A DNA stretch of 53,350 nucleotides, counting the filler, from Jimgerdemannia flammicorona (Eukaryota): assembly GCA_003990765.1 (NCBI GenBank). It is 2 parts of 2 records of this genome, joined end to end, with 100 filler letters (N's around TTAATTAATTAA, not from the genome) between each part and the next. Parts side by side here need not be neighbours in the genome. Positions count along the whole stretch, not along the records: positions 1 to 26,626 come from RBNJ01000710.1; positions 26,727 to 53,350 come from RBNJ01000711.1. One strand, 5' to 3'. Positions 24,041 to 35,580 of the stretch are shown here, piece by piece. The notes beneath the pieces were generated by a model. That model was given only the letters and a program-made list of their open reading frames with translations. It ran no database searches and was not told the origin of the DNA. Each line of letters starts with the position of its first letter. The first letter of the stretch is position 1. The position numbers were made by a program, and so were the translations under genes.

Positions 24041-25961
24041 TGTCACATAGTAGTCACTGAGTCATTCAAATATGTTAGATTCTCTTTAAGATATCTCTTA
24101 GACTAACCACAAGTTTGTTATAAGCAAGTTCTTATTAGAGTGTCTTCCCAAGGTCTTATAGTTCTCAAACTTCTTATCTTCAAACTGTCTTGTTATCTCT
24201 TAGATTGCTTATATAAAATTGAGTATAAGTGAATTGGAACTGATATTTTAAAAGAAATAAGAGGAATATTTATACAAAATATAATTTGATAGTTGCTAAG
24301 TTATAAAGCTAAATATAAATTCCAATAACTAAATAAAATACTGGAATACAGAAAACTATAGTCGTAAGTACAAATTCAAGTATCTGTACAAATAGTTGTA
24401 TAAGTTCAGGATATCAGAAGATTTTAGTGATATAGGAAAAGGGTATCTAAAGATTCAGATGTTACAGAAAAAGAATGCCAGAAGATTTTGGTGTTATCAA
24501 AAACTTAGAGCAGAATGTTCAGGACCATGGGGGCTTCATCTTTATTGCTGCCAGAGGTCAGGATATCCTTAAAGAAAGTGAGGTCTGTAAACATTTCATC
24601 TATTTTACATATTTCATATATGTTATATAGGATGATATCATTACTAGTGATATCATCACATTTAGTGGTAGAGAGAGCAAGGAGGTCCAGGGCTCTCCAA
24701 TCTATGATATTCTCTTCTACAAAATAAGGAACAAATGTAGGGTTTTGGAGAGATCTAACCTGGATACTGGGGCCTTAGAATGCTGAGATCAATTCTTATA
24801 TAAATTGATCTGGATTGTTCTGGAGAATGGGATATCAGAACTCTTCTACTTTATCACTATTGAGGGTGATGATGGACTGGACTTCTGTGGCCACCATGAC
24901 CTCCAGTATATTGGTATAGTAGGCTAATAGTTCCTTAAAGTCTGAGACTCTAGTATACTCCAAGTTAGAGATTAATCATAGTATATGCCTGAAGATCTGA
25001 TAAACCTTCTTAGCTGTCCTTATTTCATGTATATCTATGGGAGTGGTATCTTATATTTCTTAAAGACTGGCTTGAAGGAATTCCCAGTAGAGGAGGTTTT
25101 CTATTTTGTATTCCTATCATATTCAGAGGTATTCAGTAGTAATAGTGATTCTAGTTTCTATTTCACAATAGTAGAGAATATAATGATAAGAGTTACTAGT
25201 ACCCAGGTTGAGGCTAGGAGTCCTTCTTGTATAGGTCCTCATAGCTCTTTTGATGTCTTAGAATATCCTTTTCTGAACTGAGGGGCCTTGGTGATTCCTG
25301 GACCTTGAGATTTGATAAGTGGCAGATATTTATTTGTGGTAAGTCTTTGAAACTATTTCTGTGAGCTTTGTTTGGGTTGCTGCTACTATAGTTTCTTGAT
25401 CCTTTTTTTATATTCCTTGAGATACATATCTGTCTTATATGTAGTTATGATGACTCATAGTTGGTCATCATTACTCATCTTATAGTCTGGGTGAGTTATA
25501 CTATATGATCTTCTATGCTCTAATCTGGTGACTTATAAGGAAAGGCTGTCTCCTATATTGATATCATTATTCTGAGATCACCATTATATCTTCCTCCTGA
25601 ATAAGGATCTTCTCTTGAATGTTCTTATTCATTGGTCTAGTCTGAAAAATTTGCTGATCCTATAACCTCTGACAGGGAGTCAAAAAGTAATATTTATAGA
25701 CTGGTGTCTTCCCTATATATTTTGATATGATGGTGAAGGATCACTCCCTTTATATAGAGCAAGAGCCTGATTCTGATCTTGATCAATTAGTTGATAGTTT
25801 GAACTCCTTTGGCTTTGAAAGTCTCATGGATGAGTAGTTATTGATACTATATCCCTTAGAGAATAGTCTAGATAGATTGCTTGCTAGTTACAGAGCATGC
25901 TATTACAATTTGCAGACTAGAACCTCACAGGCAGTTATTACATTTTGCTTTTCTTATATAG
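24041..25961 (-). mobile_element. 3' end of a second family-B element: LTR 24041-25588, PPT, 3' internal region
   Basis: Collinear with 15399-16270 and 22231-23826; TGTCAC terminus. Confidence 0.88.
24505..25329 (-). pseudogene. LTR-embedded ORF, frame-preserved copy (825 nt)
   Basis: ATA (decayed ATG) to TAA is 275 codons; the internal stops I read are explainable by single transitions. Confidence 0.7.
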
Positions 25962-26382
25962 TGTCATGTAGTGGTTGCTGAGTCCTTCAAATATGCCAGA
26001 TTCTCTTCAAGATATATCTCTTAGACTAACTCAAGTTTGTTATAAGCAAGTTCTTATTGGAGTACCTTCCCAAGGTCTTATAGTCCTCAAACTTCTTATC
26101 TTTAACTATCTTGTTATCTCTTAGATTGCTTGTAAGGAAGTATGTATATTGCACTGAGAAGACTGACTTTATTTCAAAGAAAATAAGAGGAGTATTTATA
26201 CAAAATATAATTCAATGGTTGCTAAGATATAAAGCTAAATATAAATTCCAATAACTAAAATAAAATGCCAGGACAGGAAAAACTGCTAAGTTCTAGGGTT
26301 GGTACTGATGGTTGTATATGTTCAGGATGCTGGTATAATTTAGTGTTATATCAGAATGCTGGTGCTGGTATTATTCAGTGTT
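25962..26382 (-). mobile_element. Third family-B LTR end, nested in the second element
   Basis: TGTCATGTAGTGG terminus; collinear with 22231-22640. Confidence 0.85.
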
Positions 26383-26626
26383 GTGGGTGGGGTGGAGGAT
26401 AGTTGGCTCACTGTAGGATGGGTGTTGGCAGTATGGGTGGAATTGGCAGGCCATTGGCTTTTTGTATTTGAGGAGGGGCAGTGGCTGGGGCTAGGTGCGA
26501 AGGTGTTACGGTGGGAGGAGCTGGTGGGGGATCTGCTGACCGGGTGGTGGGTGGGTTGGGGTCCTCAAGGAGGACGACGTCGAGGTTTAGTGATGAAGAT
26601 CTGTGAGCAGAGTGGTGGGAGGGTGG
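26383..26626 (+). mobile_element. 5'-truncated LINE fragment, cut by the contig end
   Basis: Homologous to 14030-14275; retains several CpGs. Confidence 0.85.
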
Positions 26627-26726
26627 NNNNNNNNNNNNNNNNNNNNNNNNNNNNNNNNNNNNNNNNNNNNTTAATTAATTAANNNNNNNNNNNNNNNNNN
26701 NNNNNNNNNNNNNNNNNNNNNNNNNN
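26627..26726. other. Artificial contig spacer
   Basis: 100 nt of N around TTAATTAATTAA (stops in all six frames); flanking contigs are 26626 and 26624 bp, suggesting size-sorted concatenation. Confidence 0.97.
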
Positions 26727-26949
26727 CTGCCGCACTTTGGTGACATCACCCTTTCCTTTGTTCCCTCTCTTTTCTTTGTTCTTTTTCTTTGTTCTTTCCT
26801 GCCGCATCACGAGCAAACAAAACAGCAGCCCTAAATTCATATGTTGGTCCAGTCTACTCATTTTTCACCCTGCAATGATCATCAAAAGAGGGAGTATTCG
26901 AGGTGGAAATGCACTCTCTGCTGACAATGTTAGATTCTTTCTCATATGG

Positions 26950-28924
26950 ACAGCACATAAGCTACTCATCGAGAGCCAAAGGGGTGATAGCAGTGGCAGT
27001 GGTGGTGGCGATGGCGATGGCGGAGATGAGGGAGAATTCCGGCAACAACTCACGGCAGCCCTTTGGACCTCGGAATTCACAGACCTCACAGCTATGTACG
27101 CAGCAGCCTTTTTGGAGCAGCTGATAGTAGATGTAGGTTGCTCACTCGGCCGCCACTTGTTTACTTGTATTTATTTATTTAAACTTCCCCAGCATGACCC
27201 AATTCACCTCGTGCTTTTCTCAGGGTCCACAGCTCTATGGCGAGATCTGCTGACTTTATTTGCAACATCTGGTCAAGATGAAGAAAGGCTGGCGGACGTT
27301 GCGGGACATGCCTTTGGTGGCTGAGCTGTTGAGTCAATGCATCGCGTGGCAGAGGTCTCAAAAGGAACAGAAGCAAGCCTTCATGAGCAATTCTTGTGCA
27401 ACTCATACAACTCATCGGCATGCAACTTGTCGGCATGCAACTCGTCGGCATGCAGCTCACTCACTCGCACTCTTTTTCTGAAATACCCATCTCTGTGTTT
27501 TATTTAATTTCATTTTTACGTGGTCTCCCCCTAAAAAACACCCATACCCACACGCAACCCGCATGCAATCCATCCGCATGCAACCCGCCCACCTGCACGC
27601 AACCCGCCCGCATGTCACCCGCAACCCGCCCACATGCAACCCACCCGCACACAACCCATCTGCATACTTATCTCGGTCCCTCAGATCAGGGCTCAGTTCC
27701 AGTGGAAAGGAGAGTTCAAAGTTACCCAAGTTCAACTACATCCGGCATCTGATCAAATAGAGAAATTCGAGGGCAAGATGTTCAGCATGAGCAGTACCAG
27801 CATCGTCATCAAGGCTTGGGGGTCTACATTCGAATCAGAGCCAATCGTACTTGACTAAGGGGTCCATTGGCCAGCAGGAGTAACCAATGACGAAGAGAAC
27901 CATATCTTTATTAACAAATGCGGAGAGGTGGTTGCGATGGTGGTAAGGAACCTCTACGGTGACGAGCTTCGCTGCCACATCAACAAGATTTGCGAGGATT
28001 GCGTCAAATACTGAGTGGCAGAGAAGAGGGGGCGAAAAAAGCAAGGAGGGGGGGTTTGGACGGGAATTGGGTATACTGCAATACTGGTGAAGGGTGGGTT
28101 CCGAAATCCCCCACACTCATCTCCCTTTTTTTTTAACCCCTCTCCAGATAAATCACACTCTTCGCCAACATACTCTTTTTGATACAATTCCAGGGATGCA
28201 CAAGATTCTGTACCCCTACTGGAACTTTAGAAGTGCCATCGAAGAGCAAACTGCACGCGAGCATGACACGGCCTGTGCGGCGATGGTGGCTATGATCTGG
28301 GGTTCTTTGAGCAGATTGGTAGAGTATATGGCAGGCCAGCTTGGTGGTGACCTCAGTGTGGCTGTACGTATGTTCTTGGTACAATTTAGCATGCCATATG
28401 AGGTAAGGAGCTCCACTTTTTTGGGGTGCTGCAGCCCGGGGGGTTTCTGTGGCCCGGGGGGTTTCTGCCCCCCGAACGCAAAAAGGACTGATCGGTTGCC
28501 ATCCGTTTTGGCAGGTTTCTAAGCCGGGGCTCCCGGGGCTGGACCAAGGGCAGGTATCCACCAGCACAGCCTGGCAGTATGAGGTCCTGGACCAAGGGTT
28601 CACCAACCGTATGCTCGCGTCACATCAGGATATGTTGGGCACAACCTTTCTCTGCCCACACACACAGACAACAATGTCACCCTGGTAATGTTTTACATCC
28701 CGGAAAGGAAGGGCCCAACCTGAGAGGACAGTGGTGGAGTCTGGTACGACCTCACCTATGGTTTCGGGGTCCCGTTTGCGGCCAACATGGCCATCCTATT
28801 CCAACCACATGACCACTACGGCACCGTTACCTTCGAGGAAAGCTTGGACACAACAGTCATCGCACTCATAACAGATGACAAGCTCATCAAGGCCTGGGAC
28901 CGGCAGGTGGAGCAGTTTTTGTGA
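26950..28924 (+). pseudogene. Unknown multi-exon gene remnant, convergent with the hAT transposase
   Basis: Acceptors before 27685, 28148 and 28515; GT-AG intron 28403-28514 joins FSMPYE to VSKPGL in frame; internal stops; 5' boundary approximate. Confidence 0.55.
27395..27665 (+). repeat. Two short ~15-bp tandem arrays (CATGCAACTCGTCGG; CATGCAACCCGCC)
   Basis: Visible units at ~27395-27460 and ~27550-27660. Confidence 0.8.
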
Positions 28925-29018
28925 GGGTTAGGCAATCTTTCGTGAGGGTTAGGCAATCTTTCGCGAGGGTTAGGCAATCTTTTGTGAGGGTTAGGCAATC
29001 TTTCGTAAGGGTTAGGCA
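28917..29018 (+). repeat. 21-bp minisatellite, ~5 copies (TTTCGTGAGGGTTAGGCAATC)
   Basis: Near-perfect tandem units. Confidence 0.95.
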
Positions 29019-29269
29019 GCCATTTTGTGCAGATTGGGCAGTCTTATGTGGGGGGATTGGGCCGGGCACCTCTTATGTAGCACTAGCTTAGCTGTTATGC
29101 AGGGCCCTACCAGCCCCTCGGCCCTGCTCTGCAGTGCTGCTGGTGCGGTGCTGCAGCACAGGGCTGGGGTGCCCATGGGACCTGAACCGGCGACTTTGAC
29201 CGCCGGAAATGCCCTCCGACCACCAGAAGCACCCTCCGACTGCCAGAAGCACCCTCTGCCCCGGACTCC

Positions 29270-29480
29270 TTGGCAGCTTGGAGCTGCCCCTACGTCGCTG
29301 GTGGAGGGCCGCAAATTTTGTGCACTCCCTCCGCCTGCCCCGTCCGCCAACCAACCCCGCCCACTGACCCAGGCGCTGACAGCTTGGGGCTGCCCCTTGT
29401 TGCTGGCGGAGGGCTGCAAATTTTGCGTGCTCCCTCCACCTCCCCCCCCAACCCGGACACTCACAGCTTGGGGCTGCCAA
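29270..29480 (+). repeat. ~65-bp direct repeat, two copies plus a partial third
   Basis: CAGCTTGG(A/G)GCTGCC...GCAAATTTTG...CTCCCTCC at ~29274 and ~29380; partial at ~29463. Confidence 0.8.
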
Positions 29481-29601
29481 CCCTGCCCCACTTTGGCCGC
29501 AAACTCTGGGCCAAGTCCTCAGGTTTTTTTCCTTTTTATTAATTTGAAAGGTATTAAATATTCCACAAGGTCAACCAACTTATCCACGGACCCGCTGAAT
29601 T

Positions 29602-32188
29602 TTAGCAGCCCGAGCCCCACCAAGACTTCAGACACATACATACCCAGATTGTCTCAGTATTCAGCGCACACCTCTTTGGGGCAACGAGGTCCACCCCACC
29701 TGAGAACATCTGCTCGATGGGAGTGCTGGAGGCAGGAATTGCCAGGTAGTCCCAAGCCATACCACACAGGCTGGGGAAGTCCGTTTGACACAGCTGTACG
29801 CCCCGGTGGGTAGAGTAGAGCGGTGGTTAGATTGGTGGGTTAAATTGGCCCAACGCCCGCCAGATAACCCACCTTCCACCAGTTGAGCACCTCCGTGCCC
29901 TCCAGCAGGACCACGCGGTCACTGGCAAGGTAAATGGTAAGTTTGTCTATTGATGGCAGCTCTTCCACTGATGGCTCCCTCTTCCTCTTTCTGCCGAAGT
30001 AAATGTGGGACAGGAGGGATCCCTCGGCATATTCGTCTGGACTTCAGCCAGAACCTTGCGGTGGTACATAGTTTTTCCGGTACACTTCAATTATGGCCTG
30101 CTTAGTTCTCTCAAGGAAGTGCTGCTCCCAGCCCTGATCTTTATGGTATTGTAGCTTTAAGCATGGGTCCAGCACTGTTCAAAGAAAAGGAGAGTGAGTT
30201 TTTGCAGGGTTTCCTCTGTTTTGGAAGGGGCAACGACCATACGCCGACATCGACATATCTGTACTGATTGAGTATATGGCGGTATCTGTTTGGGTGTAGT
30301 ATTTTCTAAGCTTGCTTAGAGCAACCACCACAGCATCTCTCTGATCTGGGCTTAACCATAAATCACCACAACCCTCCAGCCTGTCCTCGAGCTTGTCCTC
30401 TAGCTGGTCAATCAGAAGGTTGTATACTGGTATTGCAGAGCTTATTGTCGGGGTCATTTGTTTGACTATATCCTTCATACAATCGTCGAAACACTGGCAG
30501 TTATATGTGGTGAGATATTGTACTGTACGGAGGCAGACAAAATGAGTGTGGAGCCAGAGCAACCACTACTTACTTCCAAAACTCTGACAACATTCCTAAG
30601 TATGTCCCACTCGCTTTCACCTAGAGCCTCGGCCCATATTTCCTTGTCGGCAGCCATTGTTGAATCTATTGGCTTTTTTTTTTTTTTTTTTTTAAAATAA
30701 ATCTTCTATCATCCGAAACAGTTGCTTCAGCTGACCGAAGAAAAAAAGGATGCATACCACAGCAAACTCCAGTGCGTGCTGGATCATTGCAAATGTTGAG
30801 TTCCAATACATACAGACATCCAATATAAGCTCTTTCGGGGCTAAACTGATTGCCCTACACTATGCAGTGAATTTGTCTCATTGTTGTGGGGATGATCGGA
30901 CCGACACAACCAGTTTGCGCAGCTTGGAAATTATACTCAGGGCCCCTCCTCTCTCGGATGTTTTGTCTACATACGTAAGATAGTCCTGAACAGCGAGATT
31001 CAGTATATGGGCCTGGCATCACACATGGCAGCTTTCTGCACTGAAGGCCACGTTTTTCTATTTGAGGCTGGCCGCTAAACCTTAGAAAAATGTTGAGTTG
31101 TTTGTGGCATTGTCCATCATAATGGCCAAAATCTGTACTTGAAATATTTAGTTGACAAGTTTATGTGAAAATAAGTAATCAATAAAATCTGGTTTGGTTT
31201 AGGACCTCCCTCAAAACACTGACCTGATGGCAAGCCCCCCTTTTTTACCTTAGTGGTGATCCCAAACTCCCGGATACAACTAATAAAAGCATCTGCAATG
31301 TTGTCTCCAGAATGAGGGCCAGCAAGTTTGACGAAGTCAAGGGTGAGAGATTTAAGCTACTAATTGAGATCAATTCAATGACCGGTAATGCCCAGAAACG
31401 AAATTGCATTGGGGGATGTCCATGTGTCGATCATAAACGAAATTTTGCCTGCCGAATTCTGCTTATTGAATGTGAGGTTAAATTGGTGAGCTCTTTTGTA
31501 TAATTCAGCTTGCAAAGGTCATGGTGCTGCCCTTATTTTATCTGAAGTATCTGGCAGAGATTGTCGTACTCCTTCCTATAGGCCTCCAGGACATCTTTGC
31601 GAATAGTATCGGCACTTGGCAAATATAAATCATGCTTGAGGAGGCCAAAGATGCTATGCAATTAATCACTCTCGATGGTTGTGAATGGCTGGTCTGTACA
31701 CACAATCCAGCGAACGAGCCGATTTCGAAATTCTGCCAAAGAGTATGGCTAAAATTTTTGATTAAATGGCATTGTTGGTACAGAAATGGTCAGGCAATCG
31801 GATAAATGTACCCACCACAGCTTGGATGTCGATTTTATTTGTCTCTATGTTCTTTTTGATTTTGTCAGAGTACTTGTCTTTTATGTATCGATTCATGTTC
31901 GAAGTCGTACCCCCAAGCATTTTGAACTTCTGGCTGGTGTAGTTCATGGGGGTGGATGAAACAATATCATATGTGTGTCAAATAATATTATGTGTGTGTC
32001 AAACAAAGTATCAATAGGTGTATCTTAATTTTTTACCTGCAATAATTACAAACAATATCATCTCCTATCTTAGTATAATGTTGCCAGATTTCGGAGCAAG
32101 GATTGCGTAGAAGGTGTGGAACTATCAGGGATGTTTGACTTGAAGCATCATTGGTACTGTGAACTGTTGAAGACTGATCTATCGACAT
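29602..32188 (-). pseudogene. hAT-family transposase, multi-exon, with nonsense mutations
   Basis: BED finger SEIWQHYTK...CNYC; DQPF; IDTWTS; MDNATNN; CQAHILNL; YWNST; VLDP; dimerisation domain VLNWWK...FPSLCGMAWDYLAIPASSTPIEQMFS...CLKSW. Confidence 0.93.
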
Positions 32189-32279
32189 GTGTATTTGCAT
32201 GTTTGCGTGTGCATGTATATATGTGTATATGTAAGCGTGTGTGTGTGTTGTGTTGTGGACACGTCCGGTATATGAGTCA

Positions 32280-32718
32280 TGTGGAGGATTTGGATTGGAG
32301 GATTCAGTTGAAGGATTCGGATGAGGATTCAGATTGAAGGATTTGAATTGGAGGATTTGAATTAGAGGATTCGAATTGGAGGATTTGAATTGAGTGATTC
32401 AGATTGAGTGATTCAGATTGAGTGATTCGGATTGAGTGATTCAGATTGAGTAGTTTGGATTAGAGTGGTTCGGATGGGTGATTCAGATGGGTGATTCAGA
32501 TGGGGCGATTCGGATGGGGCAATTCGGATTGAGTGATTTGGATTGAGTGATTCAGATTGGGGTGGTTCGGATGGATGATTCAGATGGGGTGATTCAGATG
32601 GGGCAATTCGGATTAAATCCGAGTTGATCCGGATGGCTTCGGATTTGAGATTCAAATCAAACCATCATGTGATGAATTGAATCTGGATTTGATTCGAATT
32701 GACTTGTTCGGAGCACTA
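32280..32718 (-). mobile_element. 5' terminus of the young hAT: 14-bp subterminal repeats plus TIR
   Basis: GATTCGGATTGAGT-type array; ends GGAGCACTA, the same TIR as the MITEs. Confidence 0.9.
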
Positions 32719-32731
32719 TTACCAGCCAATG

Positions 32732-33354
32732 AGTAATATGGTGGACATCTAATCTCAAAAGTATAGCAAATTTCTCTATCTTGAAACTTGATCTTATTCT
32801 GACTCTTACAGAGTCTTTAGGATACAGAAGTGTGAGTTTAAAGTATATCTACTTATAGATTTACTAGTTCTTTTACTTTCTCTTTACTTTGAACTATTTT
32901 AATCTGAGATTTATTCACTTTAAATATGATCTTTCTCCACATCGTGACCTTCGTTCAGAGTTGTACTGACTCGCAATCATCCTTCATCACCAAACACATC
33001 TACTCTCTTGATCTCATCTCGACTATTGTCGCCACCCCTACAACAACATTGAACTTTCTTTACATACTCACCTCAGTCCTTGAGATATTTATATAAGTTT
33101 GCTAGCTATAAGGTGGCTAAGTTATAACTATATTTCCTATAAGATATTTTTTACAAGTATGGATCCTTGATATCTGTGAAATTTTAATAATTATTAAGAT
33201 TTAACATTTGTTAAATTTTAACATTTATGAAATTTTAATATTTGTAAAATAACTGCTATTTGTAAGACTATATTATATTTGAGAATTAGATTCAGATACT
33301 TGATCAAATATCTATTCTTCTGATTTATATTTCTTATTTAGATCAACTGTTATA
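32732..33354 (-). repeat. Solo LTR of family A
   Basis: Reverse complement of 2265-2727 with an extra ~150 bp; no TSD resolved. Confidence 0.8.
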
Positions 33355-33802
33355 CTATATATAACTAGATTATTTATTAAACTATTTATAATAAATTATA
33401 ATTATATAAAGAATATTAATAAGTTATTTAAAATAATAAATCAGTTTTATAATATTTGAGAGAAGTTATATTTAGAGATTTTGATAAATAAAAAGTAATA
33501 TTAAGATAGTATAATTAAATAAATAAAGTAATATAAAAATATATTAGATATATAAAGATATAGAAATTTAAATAGATATCTCAAATATTGAAAGTAATCT
33601 TTGAAAAGAAAGATATAATATAAATATAAATATAAAATAAATATTGAATTAATAGATCTTAAGTCTGAGTTTTTAATTTAATATAAAGTTAAAGATTATT
33701 AAATTATCTTTTATAATAACTATGCCAGGCTATATTATAAATAATACTCAAAGTTAGTTATTAAATATCTCAGTAATATCAAAGATATATATTAGTTATA
33801 TA

Positions 33803-34342
33803 TAGTGCTCCGAACGAGTCAATCCGGATGGGATTTGGATGGGATTCGAATCAACCATTGTTTTGATTTCCAAATTAGACAATTAAATGTTTACATCAAT
33901 AACTTGATGAATAATCATCTAAATTTGATAATCTTGATATCATTTGAAAGCTCTTAATAAGGCCTTTCTAATGATACTAAGTACATTAAAATCGGATTAT
34001 GTATTGCCGAGATATTAAGGAAAATGTTCTATTTGACAAAATTTCCAAAATCGGCAAATCAAACAATTTCCAAAATCGGCGATTCAGATGTTTTCCTTCA
34101 TAACTCAGCAATGCATGATCCGATTTCAATGTTCTTGGTATAATTAGATAGGCCTTATTAAGGGCTTTCAAATGACACCAAGATTATCAAATTTGGATGA
34201 TTATTCATCGAGTTATTGATGTAAACATTTAATTGTTTAATTTAGAAATCAAAACAATGGTTGATTCGAATCCATCCAGATGGGATTCAATCCAAATCAA
34301 TCCAAATCCAATCCGGATTAAATTGACTCATTAGGAGCACTA
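33803..34342. mobile_element. hAT-type MITE (younger, CpG-retaining copy)
   Basis: TAGTGCTCC...GGAGCACTA; 8-bp TSD GTTATATA (33795-33802, 34343-34350). Confidence 0.95.
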
Positions 34343-34400
34343 GTTATATATATATTTAACTACTATATAGTATAATTAACTTATATAAATAACTCTATAT

Positions 34401-34679
34401 TAGTACTTCCAAATGAATCAAATTAATTTGAATCAAATAGAATTCAATTTGAATTCTATTTTTAGAAATAAAATAACTTGACAAAAATATATCCAAATTT
34501 AATAATCTTTAGCTTATTAGATTTATCTTATATAGAGGAATCTAACAAGCTAAATATTGTTAAATTTAAATATATATTCATCAAGTTATATTTGAAAAAT
34601 AGGGTTTAAATCAAATTTTAAATTGAATTAAACCAAAGATTCAATTAAATTGATTTGATTGAATTTTTTGAGAGCACCA
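34401..34679. mobile_element. Second hAT-type MITE family (279 bp)
   Basis: TAGTACTTC...GAGAGCACCA; 8-bp TSD CTCTATAT (34393-34400, 34680-34687). Confidence 0.85.
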
Positions 34680-34729
34680 CTCTATATTATGATAAATAAA
34701 TCTCAATCAAAATAGTTAAGTAAAAATAT

Positions 34730-35046
34730 AAATAAATTAAATTAATTTAAATCAAATTAAGATACAATTTAATTTAAAATTAAAAAGTCAAACTTTGAAA
34801 TATAATAATATAACTAAAATATATCCAAATTTGATAATTTTATTATATTAGATTTTTTTAGATAAAATAAATATAATAAGTTAAAATTTGCTAAATTTGA
34901 ATATATGAAAATTTAGATTTAAATTAAAACTTAAGTTAAATTAGACCTTAATTTAATTTGAATCAAATTAAATTAGATCTCAATTTGAATTAATTTGAAT
35001 TAAATTAAAGTCAAATTTAATTTAATTTAATTTGATCTGAGCACCA
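34730..35046. mobile_element. Decayed related MITE; only the right terminus is clear
   Basis: Ends GAGCACCA; internal segment resembles 34480-34580. Confidence 0.55.
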
Positions 35047-35279
35047 ATTCTAATAATAAACATTTATATATAACTTTTGACCTTAACTATAACTAGTTCT
35101 GAAAATTATAGAAGAAAAAAGTCAAGATAAAAAAATATAATATATTTTTTAAGTTAGAGATTATTGTATCCATATTTTATTATCAAGTAGTTATAATAAG
35201 AGTTTTGATTATTATATATTAATAATAAAATAATAAAGCATTCTTTATATATTTCAGAATTGCTAACATATTTATTGTG

Positions 35280-35331
<52 letters not shown>

Positions 35332-35580
35332 AGATCACTTGATAGTAACAATTTTTGATAACACTTTATCTACACCAATATTGATATAACAAAAAATAAA
35401 AATAAAAATAAAATAAAAATAAAATAACATTTTTCTAGACAAAACCTAAATACAGCCTAGCCCCCGCACAAAAGGTAACATTACCTCGGTCTCAATCTCT
35501 AGGAATATTGGGCAATGAGCCCATGAATGGGAACTACAATCTCCTTCCATCATTCTGAACATTGATCAACGCCTCAGTGT

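Noticed and set aside
26627..26726. Palindrome TTAATTAATTAA and any linkage between the two halves
   Set aside because: Artificial spacer; the contigs need not be adjacent
29012..29813. Several overlapping long ORFs (up to 262 aa)
   Set aside because: GC-rich repeats, partly antisense to the hAT last exon; no coherent protein
32413..32655. 80-aa repeat ORF
   Set aside because: Translation of hAT subterminal repeats
32915..33072. Precise intron loss between LTR copies (GTGAGT...AAG on the minus strand)
   Set aside because: Alignment puts the indel ends about 10 nt away from the splice-like sites
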